Below, in pieces: positions 1-12,940 of a DNA stretch of 64,000 nucleotides. The notes below the pieces were generated by a model that ran no database searches, was not told where the DNA came from, and saw nothing but the letters and a program-made list of their open reading frames with translations. Made by a program: the position numbers and the translations under genes. The stretch spans positions 39,742,001 through 39,806,000 of the forward strand of contig NW_027266267.1 in the NCBI RefSeq assembly GCF_022045235.1, given 5' to 3'. Each line of letters opens with the position of its first letter. Positions within the stretch are counted from its first letter, which is position 1. This stretch comes from Haliotis cracherodii (lineage: Eukaryota).

Positions 1-846
1 TCCTACCACTGATCATATCTTTACGCAGCATGCAGTATGTTCAAAATATATCTCTGTAAGCCAAAAGGCAGATTTTATTGTGCAGTCATTGATTTTAGAA
101 AGGTGTTTGATTATGTTGACAGGAGGAAAATGTTATATTTACTCCTACAAAAAAGATTCCATGGTAAAATGTACAATTTGCTTAAAAGTATGTATGTATC
201 TGTAAAAACAGGTGTAAAGATTGGTTGCTTTAAAACTTCTTTTTTTAACACCTCTAGTGGGGTAAGACGAGGCTGCGTTTTGAGCCCTGTCTTATTTATA
301 TTCTTTATGAATGAGCTTGTGTTGGAAATATATTGCGATCATGGTATATTTGTTACCCAAAATATTCAAGATCTGATGTTACTCTTATTTGCTAATAACA
401 TTGTACTTTTACATTGCAGATTTTACATATTGTTTGAAATGGGGATTGTGTGTAAATCTTGGTAAATAAAATGTTATTGTATTTTAGAAATGGAGGGATA
501 ATAACCAAGTATGAAGCATGGACACTGGATAATGTGTAGATAAAGACGGTAACGTACTATATATACCTTGGAATAATCTTCTCCTCACGGTTAATATGGT
601 CTAATGCATGTGAAACCCTTGCCTTGCAAGCACGGAAGAATGAGAATGGAAAAGTCACTTGGGTATCGTATGTGAGGTAATGTGATTTAGTAGCGGTTTT
701 GCGTATGTGTGGTTATTCCAAGATGTTGGTGCATTTAGATGACATTTAAAAGATATTTATTTCCAATCATGGTACCACAGTTTAGAGTCGTCTATTTTTT
801 TAGTGCATTATGCTGATATAAAATCTCTTCTGCAACCCGAATTATA
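1..846 (+). mobile_element. Non-LTR retrotransposon (RTEX-like) RT fragment, part 5' of the Tc1 insertion
   Basis: ORF 37-465 has RT motifs IDFRKVFD, GVRRGCVLSP, LLLFANNIV (decayed YADD) and a downstream YLG; frameshifted. Confidence 0.85.
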
Positions 847-2406
847 TACTCCTCACAAAAAGTTAAGCAACAAGTATTATTTTCCGTGCAACATTCTCAT
901 CAGTGTTGAATGCCATCCAATAAGAACAAATTCAGGCAGGAGAATTACCTACGAATACTCGACTTAAAGCCTTTTCCATGTAGATTTTCCTGATAACACT
1001 GATAACATCGCCTGAACACAACCACCCTCAAAACACACATGCAAAATGCACGACATGCATGTTTTACACACTTCACCCATGCACCCTGACTGCTTAAAAA
1101 CTGCCAGCAAGGGCAGTTTGTCGCCATTAACACTTTAGACATGGCTAGGCGTCACTTAACGCCAACTGAGGTTGTTCAGATTATTGGAATGGTACAGGGG
1201 GTCTCACCCAAACTGCTGTTGCCAATCATTTTAATGTTCCCCGCAGTGTCATCTCAAGAGCGATAACTTGATACCATCAAACTGGCTGATGACAGAGAGA
1301 CCACGCACAGGTCGTCCAAGCGTGACAACTCCTCGTGAGGACCGGTGTTTAGCCACCCTAGCCCGGAGAAACAGGTTTACTACGGCCAGATCTCTCCAGA
1401 ATGACCTTCAGAGAGTTGCAGGAAACAGAGTCTCAACACAGACAGTAAGAAACAGACTTCACGCTCAGGATCTGAGGTCCAGACGACCAGTACGACGTAT
1501 CCCACTGCCTGCACACCATCGACAACAGAGACTTGCATGGGCCAATCAACGCCGTAACTGGAGGGTCAATCGCTGGCGTAACGTTCTCATCACAAACGAG
1601 TCAAGATTCTGCCTTGACTTCAACGATGGTAGGGCACGTGTGTGGAGAAACCGTGATGAACGATACGCCAACTGTACAATTGTTGAACACGACCAGTATA
1701 GGCTGGCATCAGGGTTGGACACAGAACTGATCTGGTGGTCATCAGACGTGGTACCATGACTGGAGTACGGTACAGGAACGAGATTGTCACACCTGTGATC
1801 ATTCCCCTGGCACAACAAGCAGGTCCTAACTTCATCTTTATGGATGATAATGCTCGTCCACATCGAGCAAGAGTTGTCACTGATCTTCTTCAGACCAACA
1901 TCACGCATATGGACTGGCCTGCAAGGTCTCCGGATCTTAATCCTATTGAACATGCATGGGACATTCTTGGAAGGCGTGTTTATGGTCTTCATGTTCGTCC
2001 TCAGAATCTGGATCAACTAGAACAGGCCTTAAAGAGAGAATGGCAGAACATATCCACAACAGACACTTGATAGGTTTATCTGGTCAATGCCAAGACGTGT
2101 AGAAGCTTGCATTCAAGCCAATGGTGGACATACACGTTACTGAACATTGGATCATTGTTTCAAAATGACTTAAACTCAAATTCAAAGATTTTCCCCTTTC
2201 AGTGCAGCACATTTTGCACGGCTGTTTTCATGATACTGTTTTTGATCATTTGTAAACCTAATAGGCATAAACGCTTATCAGTCCCTTTGAGGTCAATGTG
2301 TGTTTGTGCTCTTTCTTTGTATTGCTTAGTCAGTTTTTAGGTATTGGAATATATGAACATGGACTGACACATCATAGATTCGTTGCTTAACTTTTTGTGA
2401 GGAGTA
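847..2406 (+). mobile_element. Tc1-family DNA transposon, full length, defective
   Basis: 25-bp TIRs tactcctcacaaaaagttaagcaac (847-871 / 2382-2406); TA TSD at 845-846 and 2407-2408. Confidence 0.95.
1141..2143 (+). pseudogene. Tc1 transposase pseudogene
   Basis: ATG at 1141; RTGRP, ITNESRF (first catalytic D changed to N), MDDNARPHRA, WPARSPDLNPIEHAW, C-terminal GGHTRY*; frameshifts and an internal stop. Confidence 0.92.
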
Positions 2407-2408
2407 TA

Positions 2409-2841
2409 CATAACAGTACTCAGAGACAAACGATTAGTTAAAGCAATGTGTAAATTTCGAATATCTCTTCACAACGTTCAACATTTTTCGTAAAAGATCA
2501 TTGTTAAATATACCTCATACAGAATCTATTTGTAAAGAATGTGACTTTCATTTAGTAGAGGATGAAAACCATGTCTATTTTGTATGTAAGAAATATATTC
2601 ACTTGAGAAATACTTTTTTTTACCTCATTACAAAATATTATAAAGCTAATGTCATGTTTACAAATTTATTTAAATCAAGTAATATTAATGAACTATGCTT
2701 AATAGCTTTATATTTATGTAAATTATTTAAAATGAGATCGACAGAGATGTAACACTCTGGACATGTGACCTAAAATGTTATTTATCTTACAACTGTACTA
2801 TGGGCCATGTGGCCTGAAATACGAAATAAACTTGATTGATT
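2409..2841 (+). mobile_element. 3' continuation of the RTEX-like LINE split by Tc1
   Basis: KFRISLH, zinc knuckle CKEC..VEDENH..FVC, AATAAA followed by (TTGA)n tail at about 2825-2841. Confidence 0.8.
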
Positions 2842-3480
2842 GCATAGAAGCATTTCGTTTATTCTTCCGCCTTAACAGTATGGAAATTACAAGATTGCCC
2901 GGTGTCATTCATGATTGGTCAAGTAGAAGAGGGCGCTCATGGGAAAAGGAGGTTTACAAGCTACCTAGAAACTTAAACGTCGTCGACTTGATAAATGTCC
3001 ATTCTATGAGACGTGGTCAGTTCACTCTCATTAAGCAAAAATTATTTAAAGTGAATGAAACTGCTTGGTTTTCAGAGCTGTGGAATGATGCTATTAACCC
3101 TAATGGTAATAAGCTGAGGACCTATCGATTGCTTATACAGGATTTAGCGCCTGAGCCCTATGTCTTATCAAATTATATCCATAGAAACACCAGAAAATAT
3201 TTGGCACTTTTACGCAGTGGCAGCCTCCCCATTCACATTGAAAAAATTAGGTACAGTCGTCCCTCTGTCCCTCTTCAGGATAGAACTTTTTGTTTTAACT
3301 CAGTAGAGACTGATGTCCACTTTTTAATTGATTGTAACATATATGATGATTTACGTTATGATGTAATGAACGCTATGCGTGAAAGTATGCCAGAATTCTT
3401 AAACTTAACTTCAACGGAGAGATTTATTACATTAATCCGATGTGAACACGGGTGTTATACTCTTTATAAGTAAATTGATT
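2842..3480 (+). mobile_element. Second RTEX-like LINE 3' fragment
   Basis: ORF 2775-3473: GNKLRTY, LRSGSLPIHIE, VETDVHFLIDC..YDDLR. Confidence 0.8.
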
Positions 3481-3642
3481 GAATTCTCCAAAGGCCCATG
3501 ACACCCATTTAATTCTGTGTGCGCTTTTCTACATGTATGTTATTGTGCTTGCGAGGAGTAGTATTTCTGCTTGTGATCAATATTTTAGTTGTAATGTTTA
3601 TGTTGTGTGTCGTTGAGGATAAATGCACCACTGTGTTGGGGG

Positions 3643-3884
3643 TGTGTGTGTGTGTGTGTGTCGGGGGGGGGGGGGGGGGGGGGGTATAAGGTACCTAGTA
3701 TGGCGTGTGTGCGTGCGCGTGTTTGTGTGTGTCTACGTGTTTCTGTATGATTGCGTGCGTGACTGTATAAGTACTTTGGCGTGAGTTGAGTGCGTGCGTG
3801 CGTGCGTGCGTCTTAACCCAATCTTAACTTTAAACATTATGTAAGTATATGTCTTGATTTACCTTATCATGACGTCATGCACAT

Positions 3885-3942
<58 letters not shown>
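3643..3942. repeat. Microsatellite cluster: (GT)n, poly-G, (GCGT)n, (CT)n
   Basis: Directly visible; (CT)n at about 3887-3942. Confidence 0.95.
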
Positions 3943-3945
<3 letters not shown>

Positions 3946-4659
3946 GTTTACACAAGTCAGATTTATTTATCCTACAGCAGGATTTGAAGTGATTTCTCTT
4001 TTGCAGTAGATGTTTCTATTAGAGTTATTATTTTTTTCCGTATATGGTCATTGGACGGAAAAACGAAGTTATTTTGACGTTTTCAAGCAATCGTTTTTCC
4101 GTCCAAATAACGTCGTTATTTGACATCGGAATTTACTGGGAGAGGAAGATATCATCAAGCTCCTCCCTTTCTTGATTGACATTGTCAATCAAGCAACAGC
4201 GTCTGCCGGTATTTCTACTTCTCAGATTTCATTGGTCAGTTCTCGCGCGTTAGAATACAGGCTCGAGTTTGACACGGCACACGAAGTACTGAAATCAATC
4301 GTTCTGCGCATGCGGATTGCTTAATGCCATGTCGAAATTTTCCGTTCTGTGCATGCGTGATTTCGCGAATGGTTTCCTAGGTTCACCACTATTTGACTAT
4401 GATTCATAAACACAGTCTCGTAATAAATTCGGAATCGTATAGTGTCGCTTAAATTTATGGCACGTACTTGATCGGCACGCGTTTCCAATAAACAATGATA
4501 ACGGTAATAATTGTAGTCAAAATACGAGTATTTAGCAATGCACAAGGCTCAGTAGTTTGTCTTTCAGACCCTGATACAAATATATATCAAATACAGCCCA
4601 TACAAGTCTATAGTGTTTGGCAAGTCTAGATTACTGCTGTATCAGAAAATGAAAAGAGT

Positions 4660-5021
4660 CACTGGGCTCCCTTTTAAAGGAAAAGGATTACTTTCGCAAT
4701 TCAAATATGCAAACGAACATCAACCGGCTTTTAAAACTTATTTTTGTAGAAGGTGATCTTGGTGTTTATTGCCAGATATTATATGCATATACATTTTTCA
4801 GATATTACTTTTTTAAATGTTTATTAATAGTTTTGAGGCTAATTGATGGGATTCCACTTTCTCATTTGAACATGACACTTAAGCAATATCCTGTTAATGT
4901 ACACAGATTAGTTTCAAATTCCAAACTGGTGATGTCTATTCAGACTTATGCTTAGTCTCTAAATCTGTATAGTTTTGAAAGAAACAAGTAACTCCATTTA
5001 AATTGAAGAGGAGCCCCAGTG
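4660..5021. mobile_element. Possible MITE with CACTG termini
   Basis: cactgggctccctttt ... aagaggagccccagtg imperfect TIR; no clear TSD. Confidence 0.4.
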
Positions 5022-6803
5022 ATATACGAGATTCCGAGATGAACCTATTCTGTGGCTATCTGGGCAATATATGATTGTATTCCGGTCGATTGTGTTCTTG
5101 CATTTACTTTTAAGTCAGAAAAAAAGACTTAAAAGGGGAGTTGTGGAGTTTAATTATTAAATGTTGCCTATACGCTAATCTGGACGTGCTACTCATTGGT
5201 CTATTTATGTCATCATATACACATTAACGCGTGTTACCGTTCTAAAGTCTCATATAACCTTATATTGTTCAAAGTATCAAAGTTTAATCAACAAAATCAA
5301 GGTCAAGAGCAGCAATTTAAACAACTGAAACACCTAAACACTAGGCTGTTATCAAGCGCTAGTGCAGACGTGATGCATCGTAAAAACTGTATCGAGATGT
5401 CTTCAGAAATGCAATTTCTTTCAATATTTATACTATAGTAAGGATAACGATTACTCGCCGATGGAGCGTAGACAATATCGCTAATACAGATATCACGTAT
5501 TTGAATGTAAATACTAAAGACAAACACTCATTATTTTTGCAGTGACGATACAACACTTATACACGTTTATTGGTAACTTTCATCAGTTTTGCTCTTCATT
5601 TTAATAACTTTGTTTTCACATATACATGTAGCAATACCTGACTAGCCTGTCATACATAATTATGGGGCAGTTTACAATCTTGACTTACTCTGGTGTTCCT
5701 GAGTGAAGCTTATTGGCTTGGGTGTAATATCCCGTTTTTCTGGTAATCCTATTATTACTGTGTTTTTATCTAATGACATCCTGTTCTCTGGATCACGGCT
5801 CTGTGACTATCCGTAACAATTAAGATGAACATTCAGTTCAAGTAAATGAATGAGTTTGTTTTGACGCCACAGTCAGTCGAAGACCAATGCTGTGAGGTTT
5901 GATTCCACACTTCTACCAGGTCGAACATCGTGGATCCTCATTTTCTGCCTAAAGAGAATCATAATTCAAATGCTAATCCACCTGCGAATACCGTCACGCT
6001 CACGATGACCTTACTTGTTGTTAAGTCCATCTCCCCCCCACACACAAACACGCAAAAGCAATATACCCCGAAACGTTGTGTTCCTAATAATAAAGACGTT
6101 GACATCATAATGTTTTTCCTTATGAGTATCCCTTCTTAATGCCCTTCAAAGACTCAGTCTAGCTTTGTTTTTAAATGTGGTGATATTTGAATAGAATATA
6201 TAATATGGTCATGCCTATATACATTTGGGTATTTGTCTACATGAGCATTTAGACATAAATTTTATAGCTAAGGAAATTGCTAAATCTGCAGGAATGCAGT
6301 ACACATTATAGCAAGCTGGGATCTTTATTTACACTTTAGATATTCATAATGGAGATCTGTAACTGAAGCTTATAGTAATTTTCACCTCCTGACCAGTTGA
6401 ACTTCTTAGTGCATTCTGATGCAATTGTAAAATTCCAGGCTGCCCTTCTTTCTGCGAGATTTGGACGGATGAAATCTATTGCGTTATAATCATCTCTGTT
6501 TGCTGATATTCAATATGTACATATTGTAAAATATTTACGATATTTTAAATGTGTAATTCGATGCATGCAATGCAATGTGAACATGAATGCAGATGCACGA
6601 AGGCGGTTATAGTTATAGTTATAGTGCGATGGATGTAGTAGGGAGTATGTATGTAAGCACGAATACCGATCAAGAAGGCGGATATAGTTATAGTTCGATG
6701 GATGTTAGGGAATGGTGGGAGGATGGATTATGTATGAAAGCATGCGCATGGATCCATGATGGCTGACGTAGACATTATAATATGGTGGGGAAAGATGAAT
6801 GCG

Positions 6804-6804
<1 letters not shown>

Positions 6805-6860
<56 letters not shown>
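6805..6860. repeat. (TG)n microsatellite
   Basis: Directly visible. Confidence 0.95.
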
Positions 6861-6862
<2 letters not shown>

Positions 6863-7917
6863 CATGCGTTGTGATGCGTTGGCGAACATGTAGTGAGATG
6901 ATTGTGTAAGTAAGTTAAGTGGTTGAGGATGTGGCAGGTTTGAGAACTTGGGGGACTTGGTGTGCCTGTACTGTCTTTTGTTTCACTCACTTATAGTACA
7001 CACACACACATACCTAAATAACCTGGACAGGAAATACTGCTGGAAGCCTCTGGTCAACCCGCTACCGCAGAATGTTTGTCCAACTATGCGGGGGGCATTC
7101 TCAGTAGCTTCAAACGCACTGAAATGTTTTCGCCTTGCATCCAAGATGGTGGACAAGTGAAATCGTATGATATTTGGCTATTTTAGGTCGCTATCTCTTT
7201 TTTGATTACCCAATAAAGTCAATTAATAGTAACACGGTTGTGAAGAAGCTTACAACTTTATATCACTCATTTATTTAATTCCAATAGAGGTACTCTGCTC
7301 ACATAAAGTTTTAGTTATTATGTCACTGTTTTATTTCTTTAAAAATATATTACGTGTTCATCAATAACAATTAAGATGAACATTCAATTTCCGATACAAG
7401 TTAATGCATAAGTGTGTTTTACATCAGTCAAAGACCAACGTTGTCCGGTTTGATGACACACAATCTATCAGGTAGCCCTTTGTATTCACCCGATCCACAT
7501 TTAAGTCTCCACTGTGGATATTCACACTAATTGTTTTATTAAATGTATCCCCGATACTCAGTGAGAAACTTGAAATAACTGCCTTTGTTCTGTGAATCTC
7601 ACCAAGTTTCAGCTTTCGCCTCTTCCTTTGTGGAATGAGGTTTCACAGTTGTAAAATGATCTTTCTTATCTGTCTGTACCATCAACTTACTGCCCTCACC
7701 CCCTGCAGTTTTCCCGTCCCATATTGCCAAGCAGGCGACCCACAAGGAGGAATACCAACCTCCCTCAGTCCAGTTATACTGTGCCTAGCACAATATGGTG
7801 TGAATACGTAGCCTTGTTGCGGCAAAACAATTTGTAACAATTTGGCAAACTTTCATATGTAAACAGCAAATATAATTCAGTTATATTTCATCTTAATATA
7901 TCAGTTGAATCCCACTT

Positions 7918-8165
7918 GACCTATAAGACCGGGTAAGAATAGACCTTCAGCAACCCATGCTTGCCGTCAGAGGCGTCTATGCTTGTCGTAAGAGGCGACT
8001 AAAGGGATTGGGTGGTCAGGCTCGCCGACTGATGAATATCATTGTATCTCAATTGCGTGAATCGATGCTCGGGATATCAATCACTGGATTGTCTGGTCCA
8101 GACTCGACTATTTACAGACAATCGTCATATATCTGGAATATTGCTGAGTGCAGCGTTAAACAAAG
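7918..8165 (+). mobile_element. Short retroposon family B (no tRNA head)
   Basis: Matches copies at 10037, 40675 and 46669: cccatgcttg..gtcgtaagaggcgactaa ... gtctggtccagactcga ... ctggaatattgctgag. Confidence 0.85.
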
Positions 8166-10036
8166 AATAACAAAAACGGAAAAAAACGGATCATACGTAT
8201 TTTGTGGATACCATAACAATAAATCAAGCCATTAGATCGTTTGAGCTGGCATGAATATAAAAAAAAAAACAAATAGCAAGTCGACAGTCATTATTCTCTC
8301 TGTTGGTCCCACGTGACAACTTCTTCATGAATACTGTAAATCATGAAATGAACGCAATAATAAGTCTGCACATTGATGCGAGTATAGAACCCTGGCCTAA
8401 AATGCGTCATGACATTTATGAGAGTAGCCTTGCAAAAATCACTGTAGACTCACAATTCAATAATGTAGTATTGGCTGATAGACGTTCGACCGAATAATAT
8501 CATTTGCTAACATCAACTGTTCATCTAATTTCCATTAATGTATGTTACATTAGTTAATATTTTCATGGGCTTATCTTTATACTTAAAAGCATCAGGTTTG
8601 TCTGTCATACAGACACCGAAACATATATGTCCAATACAGCCAAATATTTGGCAAAATGAAGAAAGTCTCTTGGCACCTTATTATCATATTTTATAAACTA
8701 TTGTTTAACAGCTGTTCTTTTTCTGTAAAATATGTTCACTTCAGAGATTAGATGTTATTCTTGCATCAGGTCTGTGGTAGGTTCACTACATCAGCGTTGA
8801 CATTAATACGATATTTACATATATAAATACATACAGAGGAAATGCTTAGCATTTATCTTTTAAGGAAGAGTGTAGGACTTGCTAAATGCATATATATGTG
8901 GACATATATGCATGGACATTTGGATGAATATAGATATACCTCCTTATAGATAGTGATCGTGGATGATTGTAGAATGTGCATGAAGAAAATGGAATAATTA
9001 TGTGAGTAATCGGGTTAATACCACGTTTAGCAATATTCAATCATAATGCGATATTGGTTTCCAACATACAAGACGGACCATGAAATTATGACTTGAATTT
9101 GGACCTGTCTTTCTGGTGTGAAACACCCCATAATTTCTTGTAGAAAAGAGCTAAAAGCACGAATAAAGATCACGAGATGAAACTGATGTATACATCCGGA
9201 CATATATTTGCGTAGTATTACTACGTTAATTCATCTGTATATCTGTATTTCGCTAAAAAGGATATTGTAGGATCGACGCTGACATGCGCATATAACCTAT
9301 TCACCGGCGCTGTAATATTTAATTAATTTGTCTTTTGACACATATCGATAGGAACATGGAGGGTCTCTCTGAAGATGTATAGACATGCATGAAATCTTTT
9401 GGATAGTTGTTCTTCTCGGTTAGACTAACGCTTACTCTCTGGGAATATATCATTTTGGTTAAAACGAGAAACTATATTTAAATTAATAAGGAGCCCTAGT
9501 GGGATGGAAATTTCAGCCTGAACCTGTTGAACATCTAGGCTTGTTTCATTTGGGGCTATATCATTGCAGTAAGGCCTGGGCGGAAGTGAAAATAGTACGG
9601 TTCAGGGACTGTGAGACAAACTACTTCACGGTCTGTATCGCCACAGTGATCTCCAGATCTACGAAATTTGAGCCATCAGATACAAGTCACTACTTCTCTC
9701 TCCAAACGAAAATAAATACGAAAAATGTCGGAACCTTCTAATTTTCTATTTTGATACATGTTTTAACTTTAAAGTAATTATGTATATCATGTTCAAAAAT
9801 GTATTATTGGTATCTGTGATGCTGGTACCGTTTTGTCGCCATTGTGTAGCTTTTGTGGAGATGTTATGAATATCAAATACATGTCTTGAAATATCGACTT
9901 TAAAAAAGCTCATCATTGAACCATATGCAGTCTAACCTATTTAATTTACGTGTGTGGACATATTATCCATCTACTTATACACACTTACTATGGACATATA
10001 CAGAATTTCATTTTACCTTATTATTAAAAACAAATT

Positions 10037-10255
10037 ACCCGTGAAAACCGGGTTAGAATAGGCCTTCAACAACCCATGTTTATCGGGTGATCAGGCTCGC
10101 TGACTTGGTTCATGCATGTCATCGTATCCCAATTGCGTAGATCGGTGCTCTTGATGATAATAACTGGACTGTCTAGCCCAGACTGGATTATTTACAAACC
10201 ACCGTCATATAGCTGGTATATTGCTGAGTGCGGCGTTTAGTAACCAACAATCAAA
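10037..10255 (+). mobile_element. Short retroposon family B copy (internal deletion)
   Basis: acccgtgaaaaccgggttagaataggccttca ... gctggtatattgctgagtgcggcg. Confidence 0.85.
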
Positions 10256-11220
10256 CAAAAACTATTATTAAACACCTTCCAACAATGAGAAATTAAACTT
10301 TTATTTTCTATATATTTTGTTATATTTATAACATAATTTGATTCACAATTCAATCATTGCGTTGCTTTCTTGTCTGTCATTCAATGCACATGTTCAAACC
10401 CCTAAACTTTGAATATTTGATATTTCACAAATGGTTACGCTAGTGAGTTGCCTAGATCTCTCGTTACCTACTCACACGAACAGATTAAAATATTTTTTTT
10501 GTACTATCATATTTCAGCTTATTTAATTCATAATACAAAATTAATAATTCATTCATGACAGTATAGATCATAGAGTATTTATATCTCTATCTGATGTTAA
10601 AGCTTTATTGCAGAAATTATAATGAATTCAAAATGCAGAAAGATACACAATTTGCCATTATTTGACTTTTAAACTATACAAAGTATAATATAATGATTAG
10701 AATGCCTGTAACGGACAGTGTTTAAGAAAGAAATATTACTCGATTAGTCCTATTTTTCAGATATGCCCTTCAGTGTTGTATTATTGTTTATCCCCAGATA
10801 GATGTTTACATTGTAGTTGTCATTATTTGTGGATAATTAAAACAGAATGATATATTCTACCATGACGGAAGAATACAGAGCATACAAAAACTCGCAATTG
10901 TTCAAAAGGGATTTCAAATCACAATAACATATCTGATATAAACAGAGGTGGTACTGCCGAAACTCCACAACATATCCGATTACACTACCCCAGATATTAA
11001 TATTCCATCAATTTATTTCCTGGTTGGTCTATCCATGTCTACAAAATAAAAATAATAAAATTAAAAAGGAGCACACAACAATTCTTAATTTCAGGCTAGA
11101 GCTATGGAAATCTAGACTTTCCCAATCATTGTAGACTTGAGTTGGTCTCATTTTTTACATTATTCTCTTGGGTCTATGTCACAGCTCACACCACACAATA
11201 ACAACACCAGTTTGTCCGGT

Positions 11221-12058
11221 TATGGGCAGGGAAGGCGAAATCAATCCCTCAGAGTTAGAAATTACGTTCGCCTTCCAGGTCATCACAAACATTCTTATTA
11301 TGGCAGATGATCGCCTTCCCGGTACCAGTTAATTACAAAGAAAACACCAATGAAATGAGGACACTATTTAATCTGGGCAACAAAGTCAATATATGACAAG
11401 TATAGTATAACATATCATATATCATGCATTTATTTGAAGATGTATATAGACATACATTTTATCATTTATGTAATAATTCAGTTCATTCCCAGTGCAGTAG
11501 ATCTGCCATATCGTCAGTGTAGTCCATTGTTGTCGTCAATTGGTTCAACAGATCTTCTTTCAAGGCACGGAGTCTAGAGTCAATCACTCGGTATTTTCTC
11601 TTCCGAGCAGGTGCTCTTGTGTGAGCGCCTAGCTGCTCAACTCTCACTTCTGTTAGAGATTGTTCACGTTTCAGAAGATTCACTACCTCGAAGATGTTAG
11701 GGTGAGTCTTCTGGGCGCTCTTTTTCAGGTGATGATGCCATCCTTCAAGGTTGTTGTTTGTTCTGCGTCCCTGGTTTCCGAAGTGATTCCACAGGTCCTT
11801 GCTCCAAGATCCTTCTACCCATGTAGTGGCAACATAGTCCATGAATCACATTCTCTGAGTTCAATTTTTTTTTATCTCTTTCTTCACTTTTCCATCTCAC
11901 AGCACCCCCGTGTCCTCAATGTATAAGTGTCCGTTGTATACATAACGAGGGTACACATCACTCATCTTTTCATTCGCCTTCCCGGTCCCCAGTCCCTTAC
12001 CCCTCCATTCGCCTTTCCGGTACTACTGGTAAATAGATTTTCGACTTCCCGGCCCGTA
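11221..12058 (-). mobile_element. Internally deleted MULE/MuDR-like DNA transposon
   Basis: Imperfect TIRs tatgggcagggaaggcgaaa / ttttcgacttcccggcccgta; subterminal cgccttcccggt repeats; ORF 11483-11842 with WNHF..RTNNNLEGWHH, the MULE transposase C-terminal catalytic-E motif. Confidence 0.75.
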
Positions 12059-12699
12059 TCCCCGCCGGAGCTCCTGGATTTTGGTTATATCATCTAACAT
12101 GGACACCTCTGCTCTTAGGTAAACAAGAAGCTAATCAGTGAGGGTTCCTTTATCATCCCTATTTGACTGCTTATAAAAATCTGATATCTCTCCTACACAG
12201 CTGGTTAATAATAAATTGTCTACTGATGAATATTCGAAACAGAGTAAGTGAGTGGGTACTACATATGTATTCGTTTCTAATTTAATAACTGCATAATGAA
12301 TACAACATGCAGTATACAGTGTGTCGCGAGCTCTGGGCTGGGCTGGAGCCCACATTTCCTACCCCTTTCCCTTCGGCAAACCTCATGGGGTGTAACGAGG
12401 TCACAGGTCAGGCGCGCACTCGTCAGTTGTCTGATACGGTCAAGAGTAAGATCTTCCGGAAGAACACTGCACTAGAGGTATGTGGATTGTTGATGAGGTA
12501 CTACGTGCTTGGAACTGGGAGTTGAACACTAAGCACTTATGGAGAAGAGCTCACAGTAAAACGTTATGGAATCGCGGAGGGACTTGTGTTTTCATTTCAA
12601 GACATACATGTATCAGGTTGAACTTCTACGACAGATATAACGTGGTTACCGCTTCCTAACTGTAACATTAACTGAACTTTACGCCTTTTATACACAATT

Positions 12700-12940
12700 G
12701 TGATGGGGCGACAATGCGACAACGAGACATATTTTGACCTTGGAAATGTCGCGTTACGGCATCGTCGCCCTTTTGTAAAATAAAGAAAAAAAGTAAAGGT
12801 TATTCAAAGAGCAAGAATGCGACAAATGGCCAAAATGTCGCGTTGTCGAATTGTCGCGCTTTGGTCAATTTTGACACGTTTTGCTTGATTTTGTAAGGGC
12901 GTCAATTTGACAATACCACAACGCGACAATGTCCCTTCCA
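12700..12940. mobile_element. Palindromic MITE-like element built from gcgacaa / ttgtcgc units
   Basis: Several direct and inverted copies of (t)gcgacaa and tgtcgc. Confidence 0.5.

Noticed and set aside
5690-6505. Possible minus-strand exons with Tyr motifs (DDYNAIDF, ENYYKL) as a cytoplasmic tail of the Ig-CUB gene
   Set aside because: No transmembrane exon or recognisable domain links them; chance splice-like sites are likely
4321-11000. Many 60-100 aa ORFs in the supplied track
   Set aside because: No motifs; they overlap SINEs, microsatellites or AT-rich DNA and look like chance ORFs
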